A DNA stretch of 62,998 nucleotides, filler included, from Octopus bimaculoides (GCF_001194135.2; 6 parts of 6 records of this genome joined end to end with filler, not necessarily neighbours in it), one strand, 5' to 3'. Shown: positions 1-13,164, counted from the first letter of the whole stretch. Numbers and translations: made by a program. The notes: generated by a model not told the origin, from the sequence alone.

Positions 1-120
1 ACATATATATATATGCATATATATATATACATGTTCTTATACACATATGTACATATATACATATATACATACACATACATATATATATATGCATATAAAT
101 ATATATACATATATATACAC

Positions 121-172
121 GGTGGTGCATCAGCATGGCCGCAGCTCTAAGCTGAAACTTAAAAAAAAAAAA
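121..172 (+). mobile_element. 3' tail fragment of SINE family A
   Basis: GGTGGTGCATCAGCATGGCCGCAG...CTGAAAC plus an A-rich end matches the 3' ends of the copies at 20526-20980 and 61915-62352. Confidence 0.6.
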
Positions 173-331
173 AGAAATACACATAGATATACATTTACAC
201 ACACATAAGCACACACACACACATATATATATATATCTATATGAATATAGAGACTTAAATAGACATACCTGTACACATACATATACATGCATATANNNNN
301 NNNNNNNNNNNNNNNNNNNNNNNNNNNNNNN

Positions 332-372
<41 letters not shown>

Positions 373-780
373 TACACACATTAATATTTGGATTAATATT
401 ATTTGAGATATATAGGAATATATTTCGATAGATGTAGATTCTACTTAATTATTTTGTACCTTATAATTGCGTTGTTTATAATCGTAATTGATATGTAGTT
501 GAATGGCTAACGCTCACGCTCATACTACACAGGCATTTGAATTAATTTTTTTACAATCCAGCCGTTCTTTCACACGGAATTTCATCTATCTTCAAACCAT
601 TGACTCTGATGAGACTTATATAAGTGAAACAAATCTTTTATATATCAAAAAATGTATAGAAGTCGAAACAAATTCTTGGCTTTTATTTTTTGGTATTTTA
701 TATTATAATATAAATAAATCATTGGATTGTCAAGTGTATCTCTCTATTTAGTTTATTATTATTATATAATGTTATATAAT

Positions 781-960
781 GTTAGGATCCACAATGAGCA
801 GAACTTACTTGCAGGTATTGGTAGTGCAAATCAGAGGTGCAATCTGTGTGTGTGTTTTTTCAAAACACTGTCTGGTTTAAAAAGCCACATCAGACGCCAT
901 GAAAGGGCTAAGGTGTAGGTGCAGGAGGTGGTCAAACTCTGTTTAAGGAGTAGACAACCA

Positions 961-962
<2 letters not shown>
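781..962 (+). mobile_element. 3' end of an RTE-like LINE with a C-terminal C2H2 zinc finger and TA-microsatellite tail
   Basis: 838-900 encodes CNLCVCFFKTLSGLKSHIRRH (C-x2-C-x3-F-x5-L-x2-H-x3-H). The stop is at 916-918, followed by a ~45-bp UTR and (TA)n. The layout resembles 43800-44245. Confidence 0.55.
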
Positions 963-1008
<46 letters not shown>

Positions 1009-1439
1009 TCGTACATACATATACACTTACATACATCCATATATACATAGACTTATGCCCAGATATTGTCGATACGGCAATAGGTGCCTTGCGTTTCTGT
1101 GTCACCTGCTACAAAACTAACGCAACAGCACGCAAAATCAGCCTTCTTTTAGACCTTTCATATGATTGCTTTTACTGACATGTTTTTTTTTATACTGGAG
1201 TATAAAATGGTTAGATTTCTATTTGAATGACTAAATGACATAGTCAGTATTTACAGTTATGTATGCATGCAAGGTTGTCGTATGATCATGTGAACTGTGT
1301 TACATCATGTTAAATTATCTCCTGACCTAGTTTATCTCCAACAATGCTATGATCGGTAAATGCTCTGTAATATACTACCTTTGCTTTGAACTTACACTAT
1401 TCTGATATTTGTACATGAGCATCATTGTCACCAGCAGTG

Positions 1440-1850
1440 ACAGCATTCACTTAATAACCATTATTATCTTCATCATTGGAAGTTTCATAATCTTCATTCT
1501 GTTGTCATCGTGATGATGTTCTCCATCCCCACAATCATTATCTTCCACGTCTGATCATGTCATCGTCATCATCGATATTATCACAATTAGCATCATTAGC
1601 ATCAGTGTCATTAGCAACATCCTTATCTTCGTCCATATTGTAATCACAATCATCATCATCATCATCAGCATCATCATTATGATCTTCATCCTCATCATTA
1701 CTAGTATAAGCATTATCATCATCATCGTCGTCATCTTCGCCATCATATTACTACAATTACAGAAGTCACCATTATTATCACCATCATCATTATCATTACT
1801 ATCACTACAACCATTATCAACGACATCTTTGTCATCACAATTACCAGTTG
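1440..1850. repeat. Degenerate (CAT)n trinucleotide tract
   Basis: Imperfect ATC/CAT repeats. They explain ORFs 1555-1746 and 1679-1900. Confidence 0.85.
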
Positions 1851-2084
1851 ATTCTTTTATATTTTTCCTTGTTAACCAATGTTATTTCCTTTTCTTCTAA
1901 GTCTCTTTATCGTTTTGTTTTGTTTTGTTCTTTGCAACACTTGGGACTTGGAAAGTATCTGACGTTATCTCCTTGTGTTCTACGCCATCAAGACTATATT
2001 TTCTAGCATCTTAATGACAGAATAACAGAACCAAGTATATTCTTTCAGCATTATCATTAATCACATTTCATGTTTACAGTAGTG

Positions 2085-2226
2085 GCAGCAGCAGTAGCTA
2101 TATGAGCAGCAACAGCAGCAGCAGCAACAACAGAAACAGCAGCTCGAGCGGCAGCAACTGCAGAAGCAGCAGCAGCGGCAGCAGCAGCGGCAGCAGCGGC
2201 GGCAGCAGCAGCAGTAGTAGTAGTAT
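2085..2226. repeat. (CAG/AGC)n trinucleotide tract
   Basis: Direct reading. It gives the poly-Ser ORF 2102-2287. Confidence 0.85.
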
Positions 2227-4185
2227 AACAGTATCAGTAAAAGAGAAAGCCAGTTTTGCAGAGACTAAGGCTCATTATGAATTGTAAAAATCTACTGATA
2301 TATAATGCTTGTGAAAGTATCTAATATTGGTTATGCTGTTGCTTTATTGTCATTTGATAGATTTAATATCAACTCTATATAGCATCAGAGTAGTTCCCAT
2401 TTTAAAAGATTTCTTATGTTCAGCCATGAAGTCATTCTGTCCACTCGTTTCCGTCTCCTCTATCCTATGAGGAAAAAGAATAGGGCCTTTTTATGTTTGG
2501 TTCAACATGCAACTTTCTCTGTTTTCATTGCGTTCCTATGCTGTAATGTCAGGGATAAATTCTCTAAATTGTCACGATCTTTTATAATGTAAATGTGAAA
2601 AACGATCACGTGGTTAGAATTGTGTAAAATTATCGTCTTATTCATCTGAAACTTTCCAACAATGATAAGAAAAATAAGCATCGAATTAAATATAAAGCAG
2701 TTCGAACTCGCAGCAATGACCATAAATATTACATAGATTGACATACGACCTAAAGGCAAGTTTTACAGCCATTAGGCTGCTGGAATCCATTTATACTTTT
2801 CAGTTTTTTATTCTTATTCTCTCTGTGTTCCTAAATGCAATAGATATAGATTAAAGAAAATACTTGTGGTCGCTGGGACTTACAACATTTAGATATGGAT
2901 GCCGGAAGGTGAAACGTGAGACGATGCAGGTTTATATATAAAAACTCTAAGCATTGAAATCTAACATGAAAGAGATCGACTAAAGCTTGCATACTCAATT
3001 ACGACAAAAAGTAATTGAGTGGGAATGACTGCGACTGTGTATACGAAAGTGTAGGGAAAAAATAGAGTTTTTTGCAAAGAGATCGTGACATCATAAACAT
3101 ACAACATACCATTGTTTAATATATAAATGATTGCCTTCTATTCAGATTCATCCTGTCATAGCAGTATCAGCTACCTGCAATAAGAATTATCTAATGAATC
3201 GTTGGTGTTTATTTTTGTATTATTTCATGTTTAAATAAATTTCTGAAGGCCTCTTGTAGTTTTCATACCAGTATAAATACATTAAGTTCTATTGGTTCCA
3301 CACAGATGAATCGATTAGGTGAGTTTCAAAAGAAGTTATAACAAATTCGAAATGAATCGTATCAGCTCACTTGAAACTGTGAGTGGTAGCCATTCTGCCT
3401 CTTTCACAGGAATATTACAGTTCAATGCTAGTAGGAAATCAATATGGTTCAACCCACATGTAAATTATAAGATATAATCTGTGAAAAGAATTAGAGTTTT
3501 GAGAATCACATTATCCTATTTTATATCTACCAACAATTAATGAAATTTATTTTAATTACTTAAAATTTTAACATTGTAAGTTTATTCTATTGCCGCAAAA
3601 GTGTAAGAAATACCACATACATACATACAAGACAGAATGTGTAGAGAAAGTAAGAGTTACGAGATCAAATCAACTCAGATTCCATTTTACTTTTCATCCA
3701 TTAAGACGCCATAAATTATATACGTTCAATACAAATGGTAAAGTGAAATAAAGTAATTAGCTATATACAAAACCACGTTATTTTGTACAAATAATACGAA
3801 TAATAAGTTCAGGAATTCATGTTGTTTCGCTACCAATTTATATTCCAGGCTGAAGATTGTTAAGGTTCACGCATCATTCTATGTAATCTCCCCTGTCAGT
3901 TGAATAGGAGGACAAAGAACATTCAGTTAGAAATTAATGTGCGAGTATTCAGACTTTCGGAAATCCTCCTTCAATCAAATCACTACTGAATTAGCGTATC
4001 ATTAGTTAGCCAGTAAATTATAATAGCTTCTAGCAACTTTAGTTAACTACGTTACAGTGTTGTGACCAGAAGAGTACTTTGGAGTGATATTTTGCTATAT
4101 ATTCTCAGACCATATGAAAAATTACAGCCAGCAAATAAGATGATTTTCTTTTGAAAATTTAACTGCTATACTTACTGTACGACTT

Positions 4186-4251
4186 TGTAGACACAGTAGA
4201 CCAGTGTAGACACAGTAGACCAGTGTAGACACAGTAGACCAGTGTAGACAC
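4186..4251. repeat. 19-bp minisatellite, 3.5 perfect copies
   Basis: Unit TGTAGACACAGTAGACCAG at 4186, 4205 and 4224, with a partial copy at 4243. Confidence 0.9.
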
Positions 4252-6857
4252 TTAAATAATTTTAATGATCATATCATGCTTTTCCTATTATAAATTAAAG
4301 AAAAACAACTTTGGCCTTTCCAGTGTCAACTGGCAGACTATTAACTGTGCGGTAGAGTAACGGTAAACTTCGGCTGAAACGATTCTCTGATGCAATTTTT
4401 TTAAAGAAGGAAAATAGATTGTTTATCAAGTTCATTGGAAATAGTGTTACAGGTGCAATGTTTCATTTTCAAAGTTTTTTTGAAAGAATAATGGAGACTT
4501 AATTAACACACGCAATTAACTTCAGAAATATTCTAAAATGAATTGTTGAGGAAAATTGAATCTAACGTTTTAAAGGTGATTAACTCTTTTATCTCATATT
4601 TATGGATTACGTAAAGGTGAGTAAATTAAAATAATTTCTGGAAGTAAGTCTCCAAACGAGATTACATTACCGTCGTTGTAATTATTGTTGTTGTTGTTGA
4701 TTGCGGTGGTGGTGGTGGTGGTAGTGGTGGCTGGTGGTGGCGGTGATACTGCTCTTTTATTAAGGCTAAGTGTTACGGCTGTAGCGAGGGATGGGGAAGG
4801 GAGTAATAATTATGAGGATAAAGAAGAAGAAATGAAATGAATTTTACTTATTTAATTAACGTAATATCCATGACCTGACAGAGCGTCTGACAGAGTATTT
4901 CTAGGTATTTGTTCTCGCTCTCTGGTTTCTAAGTGCAAATCCTACTGATGCTAAGTTTACATTTTATCATTCCGCGGTCAATAAACAATTTACCACGATG
5001 TAGTGTAATGGGGTTTTTTTCCACCACCACCAGCTTTTCTCTCTCTCCCTCTCTCTCTTTTTCTGTCTCTTCCTCTCTCTCACAGCAATCTTGTAGATGA
5101 GTGCTAAAATTTTGCTTCTACTACTCTAATCCCGCAGAAGAATCCAGGGAGGTGGAAGCCAGTGGTCAAATCATATCTAAGTATGTCGTCATTAAAAAGG
5201 GTGTCGATGTTTGGGAATAAGTATTTGATTTGAATACATTTGATCATAAATTCACATTTGCATATTGTAAAACTGAATGCAGTGATATTTCATATTAGTA
5301 CAGCGAGATATAATAAATTATAGAAATAGGCTTATGTACATTGATCTCATCACTTACCATCCCATTCAAGATTATAAGACTAAACTACAAGTCTTGGGGC
5401 GACATGTAATTTGTTAAAAATGAAAATAAATGTTTTAAAACATTTGCAGTATTTGCGTCCAAATGTTCCTTAAATGCGATTAATTCTCTACCCTTCCCAC
5501 TTCATACAATACAAATAACAGCGATATAATAAAAATTCAATGCAGCTGCTTTTCAGACTAGAACTAGCAGCTAATTTTCTTTCGAGCCACATCAATTAAA
5601 CAACAAAGATTCATACAATTATGTAGATACAACAAATGAGGATGATCATCGCTGGAACGTTGTTGATGAAGAACAATAAATATCTAATACAGAAGAGTGA
5701 ATGGACTAAATGCTGTATTTCACAAAAAAAATATTTATTAATTTCTTTTGTAGCTACTTTATACAAGTCAATCTATATAGTATTATAAGAAAGTTATTCA
5801 TTAATTTCTTGCTATAGCTTGCAGAAAATTATGGAAATATGAGAAGCATAAATTCAGATTTTTAACAAGTGTTTGTTTAGTCATGTGTCAATACACGAGC
5901 ATTAAACCTTCGTTGCAATAAAGAAGATACCATATCTAATTCATTACACAACGTCTTGATGTCTATATTGAAGGTAATAAGCATTTCTTTTTCAACAGCT
6001 TTCGGTAAATGATTTTTCTTTAAACAATTAGGTGTAGTCATAAAAACTAACTATATCTCGCCCAAGGATGGGAAAAAACTATCTTCAGTTTCAGATGCAT
6101 TTCATCCATTTTTTCCATCTTTCTGTATGGCTACAGAGAAATGTATATGTAAGAATATCTGCATTCATCTTTGTGTGCAAATATATGCGTCGGCATGTAT
6201 TTGTGTGGGTGCCTGCATGCAATTTTTTTACTTTACTTTTGGGGATGACAAAAATGCAGTTGTGAAGTAAGCTGAATAAAGAAACATATATGTCTCTCAA
6301 ACAAGTTTACATACCTAAAGAGTTAGGGGCTCTGTGAATTCTCCCTGCATGTAAATAATATCTCAAACATAGATATGTGTATATATAGATGTATATNNNN
6401 NNNNNNNNNNNNNNNNNNNNNNNNNNNNNNNNNNNNNNNNNNNNNNNNNNNNNNNNNNNNNNNNNNNNNNNNNNNNNNNNNNNNNNNNNNNNNNNNNNNN
6501 NNNNNNNNNNNNNNNNNNNNNNNNNNNNNNNNNNNNNNNNNNNNNNNNNNNNNNNNNNNNNNNNNNNNNNNNNNNNNNNNNNNNNNNNNNNNNNNNNNNN
6601 NNNNNNNNNNNNNNNNNNNNNNNNNNNNNNNNNNNNNNNNNNNNNNNNNNNNNNNNNNNNNNNNNNNNNNNNNNNNNNNNNNNNNNNNNNNNNNNNNNNN
6701 NNNNNNNNNNNNNNNNNNNNNNNNNNNNNNNNNNNNNNNNNNNNNNNNNNNNNNNNNNNNNNNNNNNNNNNNNNNNNNNNNNNNNNNNNNNNNNNNNNNN
6801 NNNNNNNNNNNNNNNNNNNNNNNNNNNNNNNNNNNNNNNNNNNNNNNNNNNNNNNNN

Positions 6858-7271
6858 CGGCAGCTTTCGTCCTAATTTTGGGACTGCCATGTTGGCTTGG
6901 CGATAACTATTAATTTCCAGTACCGCTGCCGTGGTCTCCTTTAGAGAGACTTAGAAATATTAATAACTCTATTTCTGAAAACCAGTGGATAGATTCCACT
7001 AAAATTAGATAAATAACCTTCGAACAGATAGTCAGCAACGCCGCATGGCTAGGGCTTGGCTGCTCTGCATTGGCAAGGGGCAACACCCTGAAACTAGTCT
7101 GCAGATGCCAAACCAGCAGGGGGACACTGCTGACCTCCCCTGTTCGAAGGTTATAAAGGACACAGGTTTCGTGTGTCACATAGCTAGCTAGAGGCGATGG
7201 CTTCTTGGAGCTAATTCACGGCAGCTTTCGTCCTAATTTTGGGACTGCCATGTTGGCTTGGCGATAACTAT
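6858..7271. repeat. 361-bp unit bounded by identical 53-bp direct repeats (unclassified)
   Basis: CGGCAGCTTTCGTCC...GGCGATAACTAT occurs at 6858-6910 and 7219-7271. The left copy is cut by a gap. Confidence 0.8.
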
Positions 7272-10200
7272 ATATATATATATATATATACATATATATA
7301 CATCCAAAATACATACACACACATCTATATATGTACATATATATACATATTCAAGTTGTTAGGTGTCGAGCCCATGATGACAAAGTTGGGGGTTTGACCC
7401 ATAGTACAGATAGTGTGTTATATTCTGAACTATCACAACCTTTAGGTGTGTTCTCGAACATATATGTTAATATGTTTGTGTCTATATACATGAGTGTGTA
7501 TGTGAATATGTTTGTGCGTGTATATATATATGTGTCTGTGTGTGTGTGCGTGCGTGTATGTGTGGGTGTACACATATATTAAATATATTTTCAGATGAGA
7601 AAAATATTTGTCTATCGCCTCTATAAAGTTTTATCAGTATTTGTGTATATGTGTATGTTTTTCGTGTATATATTTGTGTATGCATAACTCGAAATGTTTC
7701 TATTACAGAGTCTATGACGTCATGCTTCTGTATATGTGCACGTGATTAGGTGTTTAAGTCTAAATTATGTATAATTATCATCAGAATATTTCACTCACCA
7801 CCACCACCACCACCACCAATACAAGTTTTATTCTATATACATTTTGCACTACCTCATTCCCCATTAGTTCCAACCGTTTTAATTAATACATCACTACATG
7901 TGCGAATGTTTGGGTGCGTGTGTGTGTGTTTGTCTGTGTGTGTGTTTGTCTGTGTTTGTCTGTGTGTGTGTGTGTTGTTTTTGTTTTTATGCACTGTCTG
8001 TGTTTTAGTATTCTACATATGCGTATTTGTCTCTATGCAAACCTGTATGCGTGCGTATATGTCAGTGCTCGAGTGTGAGTCCGTATGGGTGCGTGTGTAT
8101 ATATGAATGCGCGTGCCTGCGTTGCATGTATGTACGTATACATCTATTATATAGATATATACATACGTACATTGAAGATACCATAAGATGGGTCTCAAAG
8201 TTTCCCTATAAAATCATGTTGCATACCTCAACTACCCTACTCCTTGTTTATTGTTAAAAACATTTCTACAAAGAAAAAAACTGAATAGTAATAATAGATT
8301 AAAATAAATACATAACTTCGAACTAGTCATTTATTTTGCTCTCTCGTTCACCTTTGTTTTCTGAAACATTTATACGAAACATTGAAAACATAATGAAATA
8401 GCTTTTAAACCTTTATGAAAAAAATCGAAAGTTAATATAAAACAGTGAAATGTGAAACTTCTCTGATTCGCTTCAAATACCCATGTGAAATTTGGCTGAT
8501 ACACTGCAGGAATACAACATTTTTTCTGAATTGATGATATCATCTAATTGAAAGAAAGGAAAGCATGAAGATGAAAATAGAAATATTACAGGAAGGACAT
8601 TTAGAGTCATCTTTAAAGACAGCAAAAATTTTCAGTATAATTTGTTTTGTGTTACAAGGCCAACAACTTGAAACGCTTCTTTATAACAATATATAATTAC
8701 TCTCATTACTCCAAATTTAAAAAAGAAAATTGAACCAACAATAAATAGTCAACAGACTCACTACTGGCATGTTGCATTTTTTTAATGACAAATTTGTTTA
8801 GAATGAAACTGAAGTTGTTGCAGACGTAGATCCCACAAAGGCCAGTTACACACCATTGGCATATTTCTCAAACCAGTGCTAATTTTACAGGCAAATGAAA
8901 AATGTTTTGATGAATTCTCCACAACTGACAGTATCTATTCGTTTTCTTTCTTGTAATGTAATTTCAAGAGATGAGTTGTCGGATTGAGATGTCTTAAATA
9001 AATAGCTAGGAGTCTGCAATGTCTTAGAATTTAATAAATTCAAATTAATGTCTTTGTGTTGCATTCAATGGAGTAACTGCAATAGTGAAACAAACTTATA
9101 GATTAATTACACTCCATTAAAGTGATTCCGGCTTTCATCGCATTATTCATCACAACCACTGTGAAGAGTGGAATTCTATAATTGAAATTGTTAATTTCAC
9201 AAACGTAAATGGGACAACGTACCGACAGTGAAAAAACTCGCACATGAACGCAGTGATGTCCGCATTTCATTGTGTCGGGGATTTCAACCAGCAATGTCTT
9301 GAGTATAACCAATTGTTACTTTCTATTGAAAAAAAAATATCCTATAATAAATTGACCGGTAAATGAAGAGCGGATGGAAAATATGTTACTAATATAATGA
9401 ATTATCTACGAACCATTATATTGGGAAAACAGCGGATGAATGCTATTCTTACTCAGGCAATGTTAACCTTCAGAGTAGGGTGTAACTTTTTTCAAAGAGT
9501 GTTACTTGTCAAAAAAATTCAGTTATTTCAGCCAGGAGAGTAAATTCATCCCCTGATAATGAAATAAAAGTTACGAATTGGAAGTCTACGAAGATAAATT
9601 ACTTCAGCTCTTTCATAATTTCCTAAGTATGTTTGGGAACTTGCAGAAGTCAGATCCTACTTCACGTTTCTTGTAACTATATTCATAATCGATGTGGTCA
9701 GATATAGTTTTCCTTGCAGAACCATCTGCTGTGGAGCAGTAGTACCGCAAATAGAGCAGGGTTTAAAGGTAATGATCATCTACAAATTCTCGCCTGCAAT
9801 AGAATTCTGGAAACAAATTTCAGAAATAAGGTTTCGAGAAAAATAGAAAACTACTTTTACATTTCACCCCAATGCATGCGATATATTTTCATTGAAGGTT
9901 TGCATGGAAATTATGGATACGAACTATAGAGATATCAAAGGTCCTCTACCTGAAAGCAACAATGTAGATACAACAAAAAATATACTACATACAATGTAGT
10001 TTATTTTATATCTTTTTCGTCAAATCGTTTAATTATAAATTAGGCAACACTTGACCATGTTTATTTGAAGCTAATATAGACAATTAAAATGTTGAAATAA
10101 TTTCGAAAGTAAATAATTAAAAAAAAACATTTACGGGATATATCAATAGCTATATATTCTCGAAACTGAAAAAAAAAGCTATACAAATGATCCTCCAGAT

Positions 10201-10393
10201 TTATATAATATACGTGTATGGGGTGGGGTGAGAGTATGTGTGTATGTGTGCGTGTAGGCAAGTGTATGTGCGCGCGTGTGTGTGTGTGTGTGTGTTTGAT
10301 AACGCCAACGGAAACCCTGATAAAACTAATTCTTTTCCTTCTGAAAAAAATATATTCATATATATCTTTGTGTATATATATATATGTATATGG

Positions 10394-10424
<31 letters not shown>

Positions 10425-10574
10425 GATAGATAGATAGATACATTTCTTTTATTAGCCACACAGGGCTCAACGAAGATGGGACAAATACAATGTAGAGTTT
10501 TTCTTTTTGGGAGGGGGAAGGAAGGAAAAANNNNNNNNNNNNNNNNNNNNNNNNNNNNNNNNNNNNNNNNNNNN

Positions 10575-10586
10575 TTAATTAATTAA
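10575..10586. other. Artificial assembly spacer (44 N + TTAATTAATTAA + 44 N = 100 bp)
   Basis: The identical construct also occurs at 39491, 45548, 52659 and 60789. The 12-mer puts stops in all six frames. Confidence 0.95.
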
Positions 10587-10630
10587 NNNNNNNNNNNNNN
10601 NNNNNNNNNNNNNNNNNNNNNNNNNNNNNN

Positions 10631-10806
10631 GCAAACATAATTTTCTTATGGTTTCTTAAACATTCACTTGAACAAAACTGTACAAATCCAAATATATGGT
10701 ACCCTAGGCATAACACCTACATGAACTTCTAACTTGTTGTCTCTTGAGGTCTCTGGGTGAGACTTGGATCCAACTTGTACAAATGCAAAACAAAAGTCAA
10801 ACATAA

Positions 10807-10854
<48 letters not shown>
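10631..10854 (+). mobile_element. 3' end of a non-LTR retroelement with a (TAA)n tail (R4/Dong-like by analogy)
   Basis: ACAAATCCAAATATATGGTACCCTAGG...GAGACTTGGATCC...CAAACATAAAA followed by (TAA)n at 10807-10854. A second copy lies at 27735-27996. No coding sequence is attached in this window. Confidence 0.5.
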
Positions 10855-10856
<2 letters not shown>

Positions 10857-11806
10857 TTTGTTTATTGGCCACAAGTGCTGAATACGAAACAAATAGAGAG
10901 AATACAACACATGGGACAAGTGGGGTTTGGAGCAATGTCGAGTATATAATAAATAACAATGACAATTGACCATACAGTTAAACAATAAAAATTTCCCAAA
11001 AAGTGAAGACAACCGCGGAACCCCACACATTCTGGTTACCCCGACCTCCAGGTGCACATTGGCAGGCGCCCTACTCTCTTTCTCAAAACTCCGGTTTAAA
11101 GCTAATGTTCAGAGTATCTATATTCAGTTCTTTTAGTCTCGCTCACCACACCACCTCCTTCGCCACATCCATCAGACAAAGGAAAACTGTTTCCTTCGCG
11201 GCCAAAAGAAGGAGCGGGGCAATCTTCATAATGGAGTTGGCTGATAACTGAATCCGTCTTACACGCGTCGACAAAGCTCCACATGTCAGTAATGCACGGA
11301 CACTGAAAGTGTGCATGCAGGACGGCTTCGTCGCCCTGCGTAAATCGCGGATAAGTCCGTCTAACATCACTTCCGTGTCTGTAGTGCTTATCTCGAACAG
11401 GCAGAGTTCCCCGGTAACACTGCCAGCCCAGAGATATCTGGAAATTATCCATATACCAAGACCCGAAAATCCTCCGGAAATGATCAGCTAATTGACCACT
11501 CCCGATGCCCAAAGTTTCTCCGATTAAATCGTCGCTTTTACCCACCACCAATCCCCAATAGAACTCCATTGTGGAACTCCCAGTGACCGCATTGCCCGAC
11601 TGGCAGAAGGCTGTGAGCGCTTGTCGACAGTCCAGGCGCCAATCGGCCTTTATTGGTTTATGCTTGATCAGCCAATGAGACGAGCTGCGAGAAATCCTGT
11701 CTAACAAACGGAAACCACATCCGGTCAGAATTAAAAAATGCTGGAGATGTCGCTGCCTCAGGGCATGTCTGAGTATCATTAGCCATGGCATACCCATGGC
11801 TGTTAA
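10855..11806 (-). mobile_element. 5'-truncated L1/Tx1-clade LINE (ORF2 C-terminus plus 3' UTR), decayed
   Basis: The zf-RVT-like region reads DNFQISLGWQCYRGTLPVRDKHYRHG...HAHFQCPCITDMW, then VFLCLMDVAKEVVW. The UTR ends GTGGCCAATAAACAAATC. (TAA)n lies on both sides. Confidence 0.8.
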
Positions 11807-11808
11807 CA

Positions 11809-11839
<31 letters not shown>

Positions 11840-12705
11840 TTTAATAATAATAAAAATCCTTTCTATTAAAGGCACAAAGCCTGAAATTTGAGGAGAGGGG
11901 ACTAGTCGATTACACCGACACTAGTGCTTCACTGATAATTAATTTATCAACCTCGAAAGGATAAAAGGCTAAGTCAACCTAGGCGGAATAATAGTAATAG
12001 TTTCAAATTTTTGGTACGAGGCCAACAACTTCGGAAGAAGAGGTAAGTCGATTAAATCGACCCCAGTGCTCAACTGGCCCTTATTTCATCGACCTCGAAA
12101 GGATGACAGGTAAAAATCGACCACGGCGGAATTTGAACCCCGAACGCAAAAACAGACGAAATGTCCCTAAACACTTTGTATGACATGCTCTGCATTCCGC
12201 TATACACAAGTAATAATAATATTTTCAACTAAAGGCATAAGGTGAGCATGTTTATTGAACGGGTCGATTACATCGGTTCCTATACTGGAACTTTATCGTC
12301 TCCGAAAAGTAAAGTTAACTTCGCCGGTATCTGAAATCAGAACTCAAAGAGCCGGAAGAAATACTGCTAAGCATTTGTCAGATTGCTGTTATTATTACAT
12401 CTATCATACGCATCTTGCTGCCGAAGGTGTCATTAATGTCAACAGTTCACTTCTCATGAACTAAGTTGGTATGTACTTTTCAAATCTTCAGAACTTTCCA
12501 GAGATTCCTTACACTACCAATTAATACGGGATATGCTCCATTTTCATTTTTATGCCTCTCTTTTCTAACCAATTTTAATTTTTTTGTTCACTCTCCAAAA
12601 GACACCAATCATTATTTGTACAATTGATAACCACTTTTTGATTTCTCATTTCAGTGCTTTGGGCTGCATCAGTTTTTCTCCTCTATAGTATTAAAGGTTG
12701 CGCTA

Positions 12706-12881
12706 AAGGCGGCGAGTTGGCAGAAACGTTTGCACACCGGGCGAAATGTTTAGCGGTATTTCGTCTTCCGCTACGTTCTGAGTTCAATTTCCGCCGAGGT
12801 CGACTTTGCCTTTCATCCTTTCAGGGTTGATAAATTAAGTACCAGTTACGCACTGGGGTCGATGTATTCGAATTAATCCTT
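12706..12881 (+). mobile_element. SINE family B head and body (tRNA-like head AAGGCGGCGAGTTGGCAGAA...GAGTTCAATTTCC)
   Basis: Matches the copies at 34957 and 48635. It lacks the usual tail and runs directly into a LINE 3' end. Confidence 0.85.
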
Positions 12882-13164
12882 GAAGAATGTTGCACGAGTG
12901 TTGTGCGTGCAAGGAACCGTGTGAATAGTCAGAAAAAAAAAGGAAGGAAAAAAAAGGTGCCAGCGAGAGATCGGGGCTTGTGGGGTCGGAGCGTGGCCTG
13001 ATCATCGCTTCATTTGTGTTGTCTAACGTTCTGTTAATATCATTCGATTTTTCTATTTTATATAATTTTTAAAGTCATGTTTTATGTAAACCATTCGCAT
13101 TACTGATCCCAATCAGTTGTTTTGTACCATTCTATGTTTGGCCCTCTGTGGACAATAAAGAAAT
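12882..13164 (+). mobile_element. 3' terminus of an L1/Tx1-like LINE (last codons plus 3' UTR)
   Basis: It encodes KNVARVLCVQGTV*, similar to VKVAKMARVDGTSL at the end of ORF 14357-14701. The UTR has GTGGGGTC like the other Tx1 copies and ends CTATGTTTGGCCCTCTGTGGACAATAAAGAAAT. Confidence 0.55.

Noticed and set aside
4186-4251. CRISPR-like repeat array
   Set aside because: The units are contiguous with no spacers, there are no cas genes, and the context is eukaryotic. It is a simple minisatellite.
3300-4622. Consensus splice donors AG|GTGAGT at 3319 and 4617
   Set aside because: No upstream open exon with a recognisable product. Such hexamers are expected by chance in 63 kb.
6858-6910. Functional hammerhead or HDV-like ribozyme in the 53-bp repeat
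   Set aside because: The CUGANGA box and stem I are absent, and P1/P2 pairings for an HDV fold could not be formed. It is kept only as an unexplained structured terminus.
10531-10630. Recurrent palindromic TTAATTAATTAA inside N-runs (five sites)
   Set aside because: It is always exactly 44N+12+44N and acts as a six-frame stop linker added during assembly. It is not biological, and adjacency across these joins should not be trusted.
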